Assembly: GCF_051097895.1 (NCBI RefSeq)
Contig: NZ_CP142525.1
Span: 870,001 to 902,000, forward strand
Reading direction: 5' to 3'
Length of the DNA stretch: 32,000 nucleotides
Origin: Psychrobacter sp. HD31
GTDB taxonomy: Bacteria; Pseudomonadota; Gammaproteobacteria; Pseudomonadales; Moraxellaceae
Below are positions 1-10,191 of the stretch, piece after piece (positions within the stretch are counted from its first letter, which is position 1; each line of letters starts with the position of its first letter). The notes beneath the pieces are model-generated. The model did not search any database and was not told the DNA's origin. It saw nothing but the letters and a program-made list of their open reading frames with translations. Position numbers and translations under genes: made by a program.

Positions 1-753
1 ATAACCATCCATCAATAGCTCAGATGACGAACTGATATAAACAAACATTGCCCCCATCAATAACCCTGCGCCAACAGCAGGAAAACTAAATCTTTGGTCT
101 TTTAATAAATCAACATATTGTTTAATAATCTGGCTAGATGGTTGTGTGTTTCTATATTCATCAGTTAAGGTTTCTTTTAAAAATAATTTACCCAAACCAA
201 TATTTAATAAACCATAAATCAACAAAAACCAAAAAATAGCATGCCAATCTGCAAACTGTAATAACAATGCCCCCAATGATGGTGCCAAAATAGGGGCGAC
301 CCCCATTACCAACATCATTAAAGCAAAAGCTTTTGCTGTTTGCTTGGGAGTTAAAGTATCTCTAATAGCAGCACGTGTAACGACAGATGTTACACACGCC
401 CCTAATGCCTGAAAAGTGCGCGCTGTAAAAAGCACATAGGGATTTTCTGTTTGCAGGCAAACAATTGTTGCCAAAACAAATATAGCCATTCCAATATAAA
501 ATGGTTTAACACGCCCTACTTTATCGCTAAAAGGTCCATAAAATAACTGCCCAAATACCAAACCTATAAAATAGGCTGGCACAGAGTTAGCAATAAAGCC
601 AGTTGAAACCCCAAAACTTTTTGCCATGGCAGGCAAAGCAGGTAAATACATATCTATGGATAAGGGGCCAATAGCAATCATCACCCCCATCACCATTACC
701 CAAAGGCTAGGGAAATCATTATTTTTATTCGTATTTACTTTTTGGTTTGTCAT
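1..753 (-). CDS. MFS transporter, Bcr/CflA-type drug exporter (partial, 3' end outside window)
   Basis: The minus-strand frame is open from the window edge to the ATG at 753-751. My translation of the 5' end is MTNQKVNTNKNNDFPSLWVMVMGVMIAIGPLSIDMYLPALPAMAKSFGVSTGFIANSVPAYFIGLVFGQLFYGPFSDKVGRVKP. TM1/TM2 and the GPxSDKxGR loop are typical of Bcr/CflA MFS proteins. It is absent from the ORF track because it is truncated. Confidence 0.8.
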   Translation of the reverse strand, partial: MTNQKVNTNKNNDFPSLWVMVMGVMIAIGPLSIDMYLPALPAMAKSFGVSTGFIANSVPAYFIGLVFGQLFYGPFSDKVGRVKPFYIGMAIFVLATIVCLQTENPYVLFTARTFQALGACVTSVVTRAAIRDTLTPKQTAKAFALMMLVMGVAPILAPSLGALLLQFADWHAIFWFLLIYGLLNIGLGKLFLKETLTDEYRNTQPSSQIIKQYVDLLKDQRFSFPAVGAGLLMGAMFVYISSSSELLMDGY

Positions 754-910
754 TTAAGTGTCTTTATTATTTTATTAGCATTGATGTTTTCATCAACGTT
801 GGTTTATTAAAACTTCTTAATAAGCCTACTGATTTTTGGTTATGAGTTTAATTTGCATATTGCCCCCATTCTACGCATTTATACGGTAATATTCATTCAT
901 TTTATTGATT

Positions 911-942
911 AAAAAACCTTATGAGCTATCAGCCCATAAGGT
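911..942 (-). terminator. Rho-independent terminator downstream of mutM
   Basis: On the minus strand, ACCTTATG..CATAAGGT forms an 8-bp stem (916-923 / 935-942), followed by a T-run (plus-strand aaaaaa at 911-916), about 30 nt after the mutM stop. Confidence 0.5.
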
Positions 943-971
943 CATACTATTAAGTAAAAGCTCTGCCCTAT

Positions 972-1904
972 CTACAAAGGCTGACACTTTGGACAAAATG
1001 TACTCGCCCGCCCATTAATTTTCACACTCTCTATCATCGTTTTGCAAGTTGGACACGGCTGTTTGTCTTTGCCATAAACCAACAAGGTTTGCTGAAAATA
1101 GCCCGTGGTTCCTCCACCAACGGTAAAATCTTTAAGGGTGGAGCCTCCTTTTTTAATGGCAGTCGCAAGAACGGACTTGATATGAGCAACTAAAAGAGAA
1201 AGTTGCTCTGGCGTTAACACATTGGCAGGCGTGCTTGGGTGGATACTAGATAAAAACAGGCTCTCAGTTGCATAAATATTACCCACACCAACCACCACTT
1301 TTTGTTCCATAATTACCGACTTAATAGCACGGCTAATTGGCTTTGCCTGTTTGCTTATCTTATTACCATCTGCATCTAATCTATGGATATAACGGTATAA
1401 ATAATTAGCATCAAAAGCGTCATCGGCTGGTTCTACGCCTAGGTGGTCAAGCAAACGCTGACGATAAGTTTTGCCTGATTCATCTATTACATCTGCCCAC
1501 AACACAGCCCCAAACTTACGTGGATCATGATAATGTAACTGAGTTATCTTACTGGCATCCTCCACAAACTCAACAATAAGGTGATCATGCTTTCGTTTAT
1601 CTGTCTGTTTTGGGTATTGCTGTAAACTGCCCGACATACCAAGGTGAATGATGAGTGATTTTTGAGTAGAACCCCGCCCATTCACACTTTCTTTATGGAA
1701 AAAGGATGTGGCTTTCTCAAAGTCCAAAATTAAATATTTTGCACGTCGATTCAGCTTGGTTAGGCGGTAACCTTCAAGCTCATCAATATCGGCAGGGATT
1801 TGCCAACGCAATTTAGGCTGATAAAGACGCACGGCTTGCACTTTTTGGTTAAGCAACGGCTCTAAGCTTTTTTTTGTGGTTTCTACTTCTGGCAACTCTG
1901 GCAT
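972..1904 (-). CDS. mutM: Formamidopyrimidine-DNA glycosylase (Fpg/MutM)
   Basis: It has the N-terminal MPELPEVET catalytic signature, an H2TH region and a C-terminal CPTC...CPKC zinc finger. At 310 aa it is longer than the roughly 270-aa E. coli type because of internal insertions. Confidence 0.95.
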   Translation of the reverse strand: MPELPEVETTKKSLEPLLNQKVQAVRLYQPKLRWQIPADIDELEGYRLTKLNRRAKYLILDFEKATSFFHKESVNGRGSTQKSLIIHLGMSGSLQQYPKQTDKRKHDHLIVEFVEDASKITQLHYHDPRKFGAVLWADVIDESGKTYRQRLLDHLGVEPADDAFDANYLYRYIHRLDADGNKISKQAKPISRAIKSVIMEQKVVVGVGNIYATESLFLSSIHPSTPANVLTPEQLSLLVAHIKSVLATAIKKGGSTLKDFTVGGGTTGYFQQTLLVYGKDKQPCPTCKTMIESVKINGRASTFCPKCQPL

Positions 1905-1926
1905 ACGCTTACCTTAAACTCATAAC

Positions 1927-4476
1927 CTACGCCACCGCACGGCGAGACTGGATAATACCAGGTTGTTGTTCTAATTTAGCCAATAGTTTAGACAATTGTG
2001 CCAAACCAGATACCTCAATGTGGAAAGTCATCCGAGCAATATCATCTTCTGTACTCAGGGTTTCTACCTTACGGATATTAATATTCTCATTATCAATCAC
2101 TTCAGATAAACTGCGCAACAAACCTCTACGGTCATAAGCTTCAACTTGCACAACAACAGGCTGTGCCCGCCCAACTTCAGCATACCAAGTGGCATCAATT
2201 TGTCGCTCTGGTTCTTTTTCTATTAAACGTGCATACTCAATACAACCACGGTTATGAATACTGACCCCTTTCGATTGTGTAATAAACCCAGCAATCGGTT
2301 CTCCTTGCACAGGTGAGCAGCATTTAGCTAGGTGAGTTTCAATATTATCTAACCCATCAACATTAATCTCATAGGCATTTAGCTTGCCAGTTGCTTTAGG
2401 ATGAACACTTGGTTTAAATTCAATTTCATCGGCTTCTGGTTCTAAGTCAAGTTCTTTAGAAATTTGGTTAGTTAATTGATGTATACCAATATCGCCTGTA
2501 ACCAAGCCAACCAAAATATCGTCAGCATTATTAACGCTAAAATGATTTGTATAATTGTTCAAATCAATACTGTTGGGATGCACAGACAAACGCTCAAGCT
2601 CTTTGTTAAGCATTTGTGTACCAATTTCAATGTTTTTATCCCTATCTTGACGATTAAACCACTGGCGCAGTTTACTTCTTGCTCGGCTGGTATGGATATA
2701 ACCTAATGAGGGTACAAGCCAATCACGGTTTGGCTCTCTTGCCGCTTTGGTTATAATTTCAACCTGTTCGCCCGTTTTAAGTTTATAAGTTAACGGCACA
2801 TATCTTTGGTTAACCCTTGCTGCTTGGGCACGGTTACCAACTTGAGTATGCACATAATACGCAAAGTCTAAAACCGTTGCACCTTTCGGCAGTTCGGTGA
2901 TTTCACCATCTCGGCTAAAGACATAAATACGCTCAAATTCTTCAAAATCAACGAGTTGTTCTTCTTCATCAAGTTCTACTGTTTCATCAAATTCATCATT
3001 AAACTTGCCATCAGCCCCTGTTTTTTGGTTATCATTTTGTAATGCCAAAAGGTGGCGTAATGAGCTAATCTTTTGATTAAGATAAGTGTCACTCTTACCA
3101 CCCTCTTTATAATTAACATGAGCGCACATACCCAGCTCTGCTTCAAAGTGCATATTATGGGTTCTTATCTGCACTTCTAATGATTTTTGCTCTGCAATGA
3201 CTGCGGTGTGTAGTGAGCGATAACCATTGGATTTTGGGTTGGTTATATAGTCATCAAACTGCTCTGGTATATGCCGCCATAAGCTGTGTACAATACCCAG
3301 CACAAAATAGCATTCGGCTTTGGTATTTACTAAAACCCTTAATGCTCTAATATCATACAACTGATCAAAGGATAGCCCTTTTAATTTCATCTTGCGATAA
3401 ATAGAATAAATGTGCTTCACTCGCCCTGAAACTTCACTTTCAATACCTTCTTCGGCAAGTGCGTCAACCAACTGGTTTTGAACACGCTCAATATAGGCTT
3501 CTCGTTCACTACGCTTTTCTGATAAGAGTTTGGCAATTTCTTTATATCTTTCTGGTGAGGAATAACGAAACGCTAAATCCTCAAGCTCCCACTTTAATTG
3601 CGCAATACCTAAACGGTGAGCAAGTGGTGCATAAATCGTCATCACCTCTCTAGCAACGCGCTTTTGGCGTTCTTCTGGGGCAAATGCAAGCTCTCGCATA
3701 GAAAAAGTACGCTCGGCAAGTTTGATTAAAACCACGCGTACATCATTTGTTACCGAAATCAACATACTGTAAATGTTGGTTAAATGCTCTCGCTGATTAT
3801 TGATAACATAGTCTTCAAGTCGCTGGTTTTTTTCAATGGTTTCCGACAAGCGCCCCATCGCCAGTGCTTCTTGCACAAGGTTGTTGATATTTTTACCAAA
3901 TTTTTCTTCAATCTGTTGCTGCGTAATCAAGGATTCACGAGCACTACGATATAGCATTGCCGCAACAAGCGCTTCTTCATCTTGGTGTAAATACGTTAAG
4001 ATATCCGTCATGCCAATACCTGTGGCAAAAGTACTGGATCTATCTTCATCATTACTTTCATCACACTGTTGAATAAAAGCAACGGCTGTCTTTAAATTAT
4101 CTAATTGCTTTTTCCCAATCCTATCAGCAACTTTTAATAGCCAAGCATCGACATCAATATCAACTTTAAAGTTAATGTTGCCTTCATCTGTATAATGATT
4201 TTTATTTTCTGTTTCTTGTTTTTTTGGGAAGTCCTCAAAATACAAATCAGGCAAATGCACTTCTTCGGCATTATACTGACGTTTGGATGAGCGATCTAAG
4301 GTTGAGTTAAGCTTACGAGTGTGTAGTTGATGGATGTAGTCCTCATGCCAGCTTTGTGCCTTTTTTACTTGGTTGGCTACTTGAGGGACATTTGCAATTT
4401 TTGCCGTGAGACTAACACTGTCTACCTCGGTTATTTGTCCATCTACTAGCGGCAATCCTTCTCTAATTTTTACCAC
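1927..4476 (-). CDS. relA: GTP pyrophosphokinase, RelA-type (p)ppGpp synthetase
   Basis: It has a RelA/SpoT synthetase core (YSIYRKM, NGYRSLHT) with the acidic EQFDDY motif of RelA rather than the RFKD of SpoT. The HD region is degenerate, and TGS and ACT-like C-terminal regions are present. It has a GTG start with AGGAG 7-8 nt upstream and an N-terminal extension of about 100 aa. Confidence 0.9.
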   Translation of the reverse strand: MVKIREGLPLVDGQITEVDSVSLTAKIANVPQVANQVKKAQSWHEDYIHQLHTRKLNSTLDRSSKRQYNAEEVHLPDLYFEDFPKKQETENKNHYTDEGNINFKVDIDVDAWLLKVADRIGKKQLDNLKTAVAFIQQCDESNDEDRSSTFATGIGMTDILTYLHQDEEALVAAMLYRSARESLITQQQIEEKFGKNINNLVQEALAMGRLSETIEKNQRLEDYVINNQREHLTNIYSMLISVTNDVRVVLIKLAERTFSMRELAFAPEERQKRVAREVMTIYAPLAHRLGIAQLKWELEDLAFRYSSPERYKEIAKLLSEKRSEREAYIERVQNQLVDALAEEGIESEVSGRVKHIYSIYRKMKLKGLSFDQLYDIRALRVLVNTKAECYFVLGIVHSLWRHIPEQFDDYITNPKSNGYRSLHTAVIAEQKSLEVQIRTHNMHFEAELGMCAHVNYKEGGKSDTYLNQKISSLRHLLALQNDNQKTGADGKFNDEFDETVELDEEEQLVDFEEFERIYVFSRDGEITELPKGATVLDFAYYVHTQVGNRAQAARVNQRYVPLTYKLKTGEQVEIITKAAREPNRDWLVPSLGYIHTSRARSKLRQWFNRQDRDKNIEIGTQMLNKELERLSVHPNSIDLNNYTNHFSVNNADDILVGLVTGDIGIHQLTNQISKELDLEPEADEIEFKPSVHPKATGKLNAYEINVDGLDNIETHLAKCCSPVQGEPIAGFITQSKGVSIHNRGCIEYARLIEKEPERQIDATWYAEVGRAQPVVVQVEAYDRRGLLRSLSEVIDNENINIRKVETLSTEDDIARMTFHIEVSGLAQLSKLLAKLEQQPGIIQSRRAVA

Positions 4477-4736
4477 AATATACTCCTATTGCCCCTATTC
4501 TTTTTGTTGAGTTATATTAAATCAACTTTTTATTATAGATAATCATTATGACGTATCCATAAATTATTGCAAGGCATTGGCTGTTGTTATTTTTTTTCTG
4601 CTTTATTACTAACCATGCGCGATAAATAAGTTTTTGGAATAAAATTAAACACAATTGTAACTGAACTTTATCAGAGATATGCTAATTTAAAAAAATCATT
4701 TAGAATAAAAAATAGTAAAACAATTGGTAATCTAGT

Positions 4737-6173
4737 ATGAGTGATGAAAACAAAAGCAATTCTAGAGTCATCGTTGAACTATTTGACTTACGTAAAGACC
4801 AAGCCAATGCTGATGACATAGACGAAACACTGCGCACAAACGTAAAGGTTGCAGGCACCAATTTGTGGGTATTGTTTTTTGCAATTTTGGTTGCATCGGT
4901 TGGGTTAAATGTAAACTCAACGGCAGTTGTGATTGGTGCGATGTTAATTTCCCCTTTAATGGGACCAATTGTGGGTATTGGCTATGGCATGGGCGTAAAT
5001 GATGCCTCACTTATTAAGCTTGCCCTACAAAACTTGGGAATATTCACCCTCATTAGTTTGATTGCGTCCACTCTTTATTTTACCATTAGTCCGCTTGATG
5101 TTGCCCAATCCGAACTATTATCACGCACCTCACCTACTTTGTGGGATGTACTGATTGCCTTTTTCGGTGGCTCTGCCGGCATTATTGCTACCACTCGTAA
5201 AAGCATGTCTAATGTTGTACCTGGGGTTGCCATTGCCACGGCATTAATGCCACCTTTGTGTACTGCTGGGTTTGGATTGGCTCAAGGAAATTGGTCTTAT
5301 TTTGCTGGGGCTTTCTTTTTATATTCGATTAACAGCGTGTTTATTGCCCTCGCCACCTTCTTGTTTGTGAATATCTTTCATCTACCAAAGCGTCATTATG
5401 TGGATAAAAAAACCGAAAAACGCAATCACATGTACATTGTTATTACTGTTTTATTAATGATTATCCCCAGCATTTACTTTGCTTATAATCTTGTAAAACA
5501 AAGCCAATTTACACAATTTACAAACCAATACATCAATGCCAGCATTAATAATAACGGTCTTATCTTACTTGGAAAAGACGTAAACCCTCAGCAACAATCG
5601 GTTATATTAACATTGGGTGGCGCAGATGAGCCTAATAAGATTCAAAATGAGTTTGAACACCAACTTATCCAAAGAGGTTTTAAAAAAGCCAACGTAACGA
5701 TTAGAAACTCTGGCACAAGCGCACTTGACTTAAGTAACTTAAAAACTGAGCTAACACAAGATTTATACAATAGTATGGTCAATCAAGTAGAAATGTTAAG
5801 TAAAGAAAACCAGCGCCTTGAAACTGAGTTGGCCTCCTCTAGCAAACTTATATCAGAAGACGAAAGCCTATATGCCGAACTGGCTGCACAATATACAAAA
5901 ATACATAGCACAACCATTAGCCGTGGCGAGCTTTTTGCAAAAGACAAACAACCAATACCACTAATAAAAGTTGAAATAGGCAGTAAACAAGCATTAAGTG
6001 ACACAGACAAAAAACGCATTGAAAATTGGCTTACGGCAAAATACCAACAGCAAGCACTAAAAGTTGAATATCAGGTAACCAGCACTGTTCCAACCGTCAT
6101 TCAACCAGTTAAAGTTAAAGCAAATAGCCAAAAAACACAAACAATAGAAAAACAGCAACCAGCGATTCAATAA
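4737..6173 (+). CDS. DUF389-family integral membrane protein with long C-terminal soluble extension
   Basis: It has multiple TM helices and the LISPLMGPIVG motif characteristic of the DUF389 (TIGR00341-like) hydrophobic domain. The C-terminal 200 aa or so are hydrophilic with coiled-coil-like segments. Confidence 0.8.
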   Translation: MSDENKSNSRVIVELFDLRKDQANADDIDETLRTNVKVAGTNLWVLFFAILVASVGLNVNSTAVVIGAMLISPLMGPIVGIGYGMGVNDASLIKLALQNLGIFTLISLIASTLYFTISPLDVAQSELLSRTSPTLWDVLIAFFGGSAGIIATTRKSMSNVVPGVAIATALMPPLCTAGFGLAQGNWSYFAGAFFLYSINSVFIALATFLFVNIFHLPKRHYVDKKTEKRNHMYIVITVLLMIIPSIYFAYNLVKQSQFTQFTNQYINASINNNGLILLGKDVNPQQQSVILTLGGADEPNKIQNEFEHQLIQRGFKKANVTIRNSGTSALDLSNLKTELTQDLYNSMVNQVEMLSKENQRLETELASSSKLISEDESLYAELAAQYTKIHSTTISRGELFAKDKQPIPLIKVEIGSKQALSDTDKKRIENWLTAKYQQQALKVEYQVTSTVPTVIQPVKVKANSQKTQTIEKQQPAIQ

Positions 6174-6300
6174 CAGGGCTAAACAAGCGTATCCATTGAC
6201 TCAATACTCATATATGACTAAAAAGTTAAAAAAATATTTCACTATAGTTGCAATTAATGTAAAATAAACCCATAGATAAATTATGGTTTTTATCTTGAGC

Positions 6301-6325
6301 AATGTCATTTTATTAAAATGACATT
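6301..6325. promoter_or_regulatory. Perfect 12-bp-arm palindrome upstream of ompW (candidate operator)
   Basis: AATGTCATTTTA-T-TAAAATGACATT ends 35 nt upstream of the likely ompW ATG (6360). The cognate factor is unknown. Confidence 0.4.
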
Positions 6326-6359
6326 AGCGATACCTTCATCAAATGAACTAGAGGAATAT

Positions 6360-6989
6360 ATGATGAAACTTAAAACATTATTAGTTGCAACTGCTACTGC
6401 TTTTACAATGGCTTCAGCCTTTGCTGCCCCTGCTGGCACATGGTCACTGGGTGTTGGTGCTGGTTATGTTATGCCAGATAGCGATAATGGTTCGGTACTT
6501 GACGGCGCTTTAGAGGTTGACGTTGACGGTGATGTTCGCCCAACAATCACAGCTGAATACTTTGTTGCAGATAATTTTGGTATCGAGCTATTAGCGGCAA
6601 CCCCATTTAAACATGACATCTCATTATCTGATGCGGATGGCAATGTCATTGACGCTAGAACAAAACATCTGCCACCTACTTTGTCTTTACAATATCATTT
6701 TGATGGTGCAGATATGCCAGTTAAACCATTTATTGGTGTTGGTGTTAACTATACAACTTTCTTTGACGAGCGTATTTACTTAGCTAATGGTAATGACTTA
6801 GATCTAGATGACAGCGTGGGTGTTGCTGGTCACGTTGGCGTGGATATCCCATTCTCTGCCAGTGAAGCTGTGCGTGTTGACGCTCGCTACATCGATTTAG
6901 AGTCTGATGTAAAACTAAATGACCAAGATATTGGTACTGCCGAAATCAACCCTTGGGTATTTGGCGTATCTTATGTTAAAAACTTCTAA
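6360..6989 (+). CDS. ompW: OmpW-family outer membrane protein
   Basis: It has the signal peptide MMKLKTLLVATATAFTMASAFA, beta-barrel alternation and a C-terminal aromatic ending (YVKNF), with OmpW-like motifs (GVGVNYTTFFDE, INPWVFGVSY). I moved the start to 6360 (GAGGAA RBS at 6351-6356) from the track's 6318. Confidence 0.85.
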   Translation: MMKLKTLLVATATAFTMASAFAAPAGTWSLGVGAGYVMPDSDNGSVLDGALEVDVDGDVRPTITAEYFVADNFGIELLAATPFKHDISLSDADGNVIDARTKHLPPTLSLQYHFDGADMPVKPFIGVGVNYTTFFDERIYLANGNDLDLDDSVGVAGHVGVDIPFSASEAVRVDARYIDLESDVKLNDQDIGTAEINPWVFGVSYVKNF

Positions 6990-7014
6990 TTCATAGTTGT
7001 TTATTAACATAAAA

Positions 7015-7040
7015 AGAGCCAGCTTAGCTGGCTCTTTTTT
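7015..7040. terminator. Bidirectional Rho-independent terminator between convergent ompW and ttcA
   Basis: AGAGCCAGC-TTA-GCTGGCTCT forms a hairpin flanked by an A-run on the left and a T-run on the right. Confidence 0.7.
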
Positions 7041-7053
7041 ATATTGCTATCGC

Positions 7054-8130
7054 TTACAATATCGGATTAACCGTTGGTATGATGCCCTCTTTATTGGCAT
7101 ATTTAGGGTTAAAAGTTTTAACTTTTGGTTGCGTTGGTAAGCCTATGTCTTCTAATTCATCGGTTTGTCCAACTTGTATATTATCCCCTTCAAATAGTCT
7201 TTCTTCATTATCACGATCAAGGGTTAATTTTTCAAAATCAAACAGCTCTCTATCGGCCAGTTGTGATGGCGCAACATTTTGAATGCCTTTAAAAATAGAT
7301 GCCAATCTTTGTGGATGCGCATTATCCCATTCTCGTAACATCTCATTAATTGCTGCGCGTTGTAAATTGGTTTGACTACCGCAAAGTCCGCAAGGGATAA
7401 TTGGGAAGTCTTTATATCGTGCATATTTAATAATGTCTTTTTCTTCTACATACGCAAGCGGGCGGATCAACACATTTTGTTTATCATCACTTAAAAGCTT
7501 GGGTGGCATGGCTTTAATAGAACCGCCATGAAAAAGGTTTAAAAAGAAGGTTGCTAAAATATCATCACGATGATGCCCTAACGCAATTTTTGTTGCCCCA
7601 ATTTGTTTTGCAAAGCCATATAAAGAACCACGACGCAAGCGAGAACAAGCCGAGCAATACGTTTTACCTTCTGGCACTACACTTTTAACAATGCTGTAAG
7701 TATCTTTTTCTAAAATATAATGTGGTATACCCTGCTGGTTTAAATACTCTGGCAAAATATGATCAGGGAAGCCTGGCTGTTTTTGATCAAGGTTCACCGC
7801 AACCACCTCAAAGTTGACAGGCGCAATACGTTTTAAAAACAACAAAATATCAAGCAATGTATAACTGTCTTTACCGCCAGAAATACAAACCATGACCACG
7901 TCACCCTCTTCAATCATGTTAAAATCGCGAATCGCCCAAGACACATGCTTGCGTATCTTTTTTTGCAATTTACGGAACCGAACCGAGTTGACACCTTTAT
8001 GGTAAGGCTCATGTTCTTGTTTATCTTCATCCGTATTATTTTCAGTCACTGTATCTTGTGCATTAATTTGCAAATCAAGTTCATCATCACTGATGTTGGC
8101 TGCGTTAATAAAATTTTGTGGTTGGGTCAT
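7054..8130 (-). CDS. ttcA: tRNA 2-thiocytidine(32) synthetase TtcA
   Basis: It has the PP-loop SGGKDS plus the [10 protein letters not shown] and CGLCGSQ cysteine motifs typical of TtcA. An acidic N-terminal extension of about 45 aa is present. Confidence 0.9.
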   Translation of the reverse strand: MTQPQNFINAANISDDELDLQINAQDTVTENNTDEDKQEHEPYHKGVNSVRFRKLQKKIRKHVSWAIRDFNMIEEGDVVMVCISGGKDSYTLLDILLFLKRIAPVNFEVVAVNLDQKQPGFPDHILPEYLNQQGIPHYILEKDTYSIVKSVVPEGKTYCSACSRLRRGSLYGFAKQIGATKIALGHHRDDILATFFLNLFHGGSIKAMPPKLLSDDKQNVLIRPLAYVEEKDIIKYARYKDFPIIPCGLCGSQTNLQRAAINEMLREWDNAHPQRLASIFKGIQNVAPSQLADRELFDFEKLTLDRDNEERLFEGDNIQVGQTDELEDIGLPTQPKVKTFNPKYANKEGIIPTVNPIL

Positions 8131-8281
8131 TGTATATTGTGTATTTAATCATTAAAATTGGTGGGTTATTATAACAAAACTATCCGCTTTTAAACCATCC
8201 GTTACTATTATTTATGCAGTAAAAATTAATTAAATTTGTTAAAATAACCGACCTTTTTTTTAGCTTAAAATTAATAGACCC

Positions 8282-9016
8282 ATGACAATACATGACCAAA
8301 CTCAAAACGCTGTTGTACTTTTATCTGGTGGCTTAGATTCTGTCACCTGCCTTTATTGGGCAAAGAAGCAGTTCAATAAAGTAACCGCCATTAGCTTTAA
8401 TTATGGTCAACGCCACAATAGTGAGCTGCAAACAGCCATCGCTAACGCAAAGCAGGCAGATGTTGCCCATCGTATTATTGATATAGATATTGCACAGCTT
8501 GGTGGATCATCATTAACTGACCACAGCATGATTGTGCCAGATGGTAAGGTTAACAATAGCTCACTCGATTCTAATGAACAAAACACCCTAAACAGTGACA
8601 TACCAAACACGTATGTCCCTGCCCGTAACACTATATTTCTATCTTACGCTTTGGCTGTAGCAGAAGTAACCAAAGCAAACCATATTGTGATTGGTGTTAG
8701 CTCGGTTGATTATTCAGGTTATCCAGACTGCCGACCAGAGTATATTGAAGCGTTTGAAAAGATGGCAAACCTTGCAACAAAATTTGGCGTGACTGGCCAT
8801 AAGCTGCACATACAAACGCCATTACAACAATTATCAAAAGCCGAAACCATCCAGCTTGGTATTTCTTTAGGTGTCGATTATAGTTTAACTACTTCTTGCT
8901 ACCGTGCAGATGAAAGTGGTAAAGCTTGCGGTAAGTGCGACAGCTGTGTACTACGCAAGCAAGGCTTTAAACAAGCTGGTGTTGATGATCCAACGCATTA
9001 CCAATCAAGGCCTTAA
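8282..9016 (+). CDS. queC: 7-cyano-7-deazaguanine synthase QueC
   Basis: It has the [12 protein letters not shown]-loop and a C-terminal Cys cluster ([20 protein letters not shown]). An N/S-rich insertion of about 25 aa is present. Confidence 0.92.
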   Translation: MTIHDQTQNAVVLLSGGLDSVTCLYWAKKQFNKVTAISFNYGQRHNSELQTAIANAKQADVAHRIIDIDIAQLGGSSLTDHSMIVPDGKVNNSSLDSNEQNTLNSDIPNTYVPARNTIFLSYALAVAEVTKANHIVIGVSSVDYSGYPDCRPEYIEAFEKMANLATKFGVTGHKLHIQTPLQQLSKAETIQLGISLGVDYSLTTSCYRADESGKACGKCDSCVLRKQGFKQAGVDDPTHYQSRP

Positions 9017-9112
9017 ACTTAACAGAATCGTTACGTTTTGTTAGGCACTCGCATTGTTGATATTTTTTATGCTACAGTTGGGGTTCCCAATTTTAATAAA
9101 TGTAAATTTGAT

Positions 9113-9451
9113 ATGAAAATTTTAAATAATCTATCTTTATGCGCCATTGCGCTTGCCGTCTCATTACCCGCAAATGCGGTTGATATTAAACAACAAATGA
9201 TTGATACTTGTGTTACCGATACCGTAAAGTATAAGGTTGCAGATAACAAAACAGCACAAAAGTTTTGTGGCTGCACCGTTAATGTACGCGGCAAAATGAC
9301 ATTTGAACAAATGTGGCAAGTTCAAAGCCTGACTCAAAGCGGTCAAGACCCAATGACAATGCCTTTTATGGTAAAAATGCAACAGGACCTTCAGCAATGT
9401 ACAGTGGGGCTTAAATTAAACCCACCTCAAAAGCCTGAGCCAACAAAATAA
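9113..9451 (+). CDS. Hypothetical secreted Cys-containing protein
   Basis: It has the signal peptide MKILNNLSLCAIALAVSLPANA and four Cys in the mature part. I recognise no family. I moved the start from the track's 9038 to the ATG that gives a canonical signal peptide. Confidence 0.55.
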   Translation: MKILNNLSLCAIALAVSLPANAVDIKQQMIDTCVTDTVKYKVADNKTAQKFCGCTVNVRGKMTFEQMWQVQSLTQSGQDPMTMPFMVKMQQDLQQCTVGLKLNPPQKPEPTK

Positions 9452-9603
9452 AAAAAGCTCTATATTTTTTTTAATCTACATCGCAATAAAATCATAAATA
9501 AAGACTGGTATAGACTGGTCTTTTTTTATACCATAAGAAGACGTTTTACATTAGACTCTTAACCACATCAAACATTCAAATTAATAAAAAAGGAAATTAA
9601 GTC

Positions 9604-10107
9604 ATGGCAAAACCTACTGACGAAAACATTGCCCTACCAACGTTTAATAGCCAACTCGTCACTCAAAAAAATAAAGAATTTGTCGTCACCGAAACTAACC
9701 TAAGCGAAATACACGCAAATAGTAACAAAGGCTTAATTGTCTATTTTTATCCACGAGACAACACGCCAGGTTGTACCACTCAAGCAGTCGATTTTACAAG
9801 CATGCAAACACAGTTTTCTGACTTAGGTTATGAGATTGTGGGCATTTCTCGTGATAGTGTTGAGTCACACCAAAAATTTATAACAAAAAAAGAACTGGGC
9901 ATTGCGCTCATTAGTGATGGTGATGAACAGTTATGCAACCATTTTGATGTCATTAAAGAAAAAAACATGTATGGCAAAAAGACCATGGGCTTAGTTCGCT
10001 CTACTTTTGTTTTTGATAAAGCAGGCAAACTCACCCACGCACAGCGCAACCTGAGAGCAAAAGAATATGCGCAAAGATTGTATGAAACACTATCAAAACT
10101 TGCATAA
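9604..10107 (+). CDS. bcp: Thioredoxin-dependent peroxiredoxin Bcp
   Basis: It has the AhpC/TSA fold with the peroxidatic motif FYPRDNTPGCTTQA, and its length and layout match Bcp/PrxQ. Confidence 0.88.
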   Translation: MAKPTDENIALPTFNSQLVTQKNKEFVVTETNLSEIHANSNKGLIVYFYPRDNTPGCTTQAVDFTSMQTQFSDLGYEIVGISRDSVESHQKFITKKELGIALISDGDEQLCNHFDVIKEKNMYGKKTMGLVRSTFVFDKAGKLTHAQRNLRAKEYAQRLYETLSKLA

Positions 10108-10191
10108 TAATACTGGTTTTTAAATACAAATCCTTGTAGTATAGGGGGTTAACGTATTTTTGTATTTGTTTTATTTTAGGGAAAACAAGAG

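Noticed and set aside
6318-6359. Longer N-termini offered by the ORF track for ompW (6318), the secreted protein (9038), the OmpA lipoprotein (14831, TTG) and barstar 1 (20610, TTG)
   Set aside because: In each case a downstream ATG gives a canonical signal peptide or lipobox, or matches the barstar N-terminus, and has a better-placed RBS. The upstream extensions look like read-through of non-coding sequence.
8131-8281. preQ1 riboswitch upstream of queC
   Set aside because: The 150-bp divergent ttcA-queC spacer is AT-rich, and I could not find the compact preQ1 stem-loop followed by an A-rich tail. An Infernal scan would be needed to exclude it formally.
9497-9530. Apparent hairpin or terminator after the secreted Cys-protein gene
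   Set aside because: On inspection, GACTGGT-ATA-GACTGGT is a direct repeat, not an inverted one. Only a weak AT-rich GGTATA/TATACC stem remains, so it is not convincing as a terminator.
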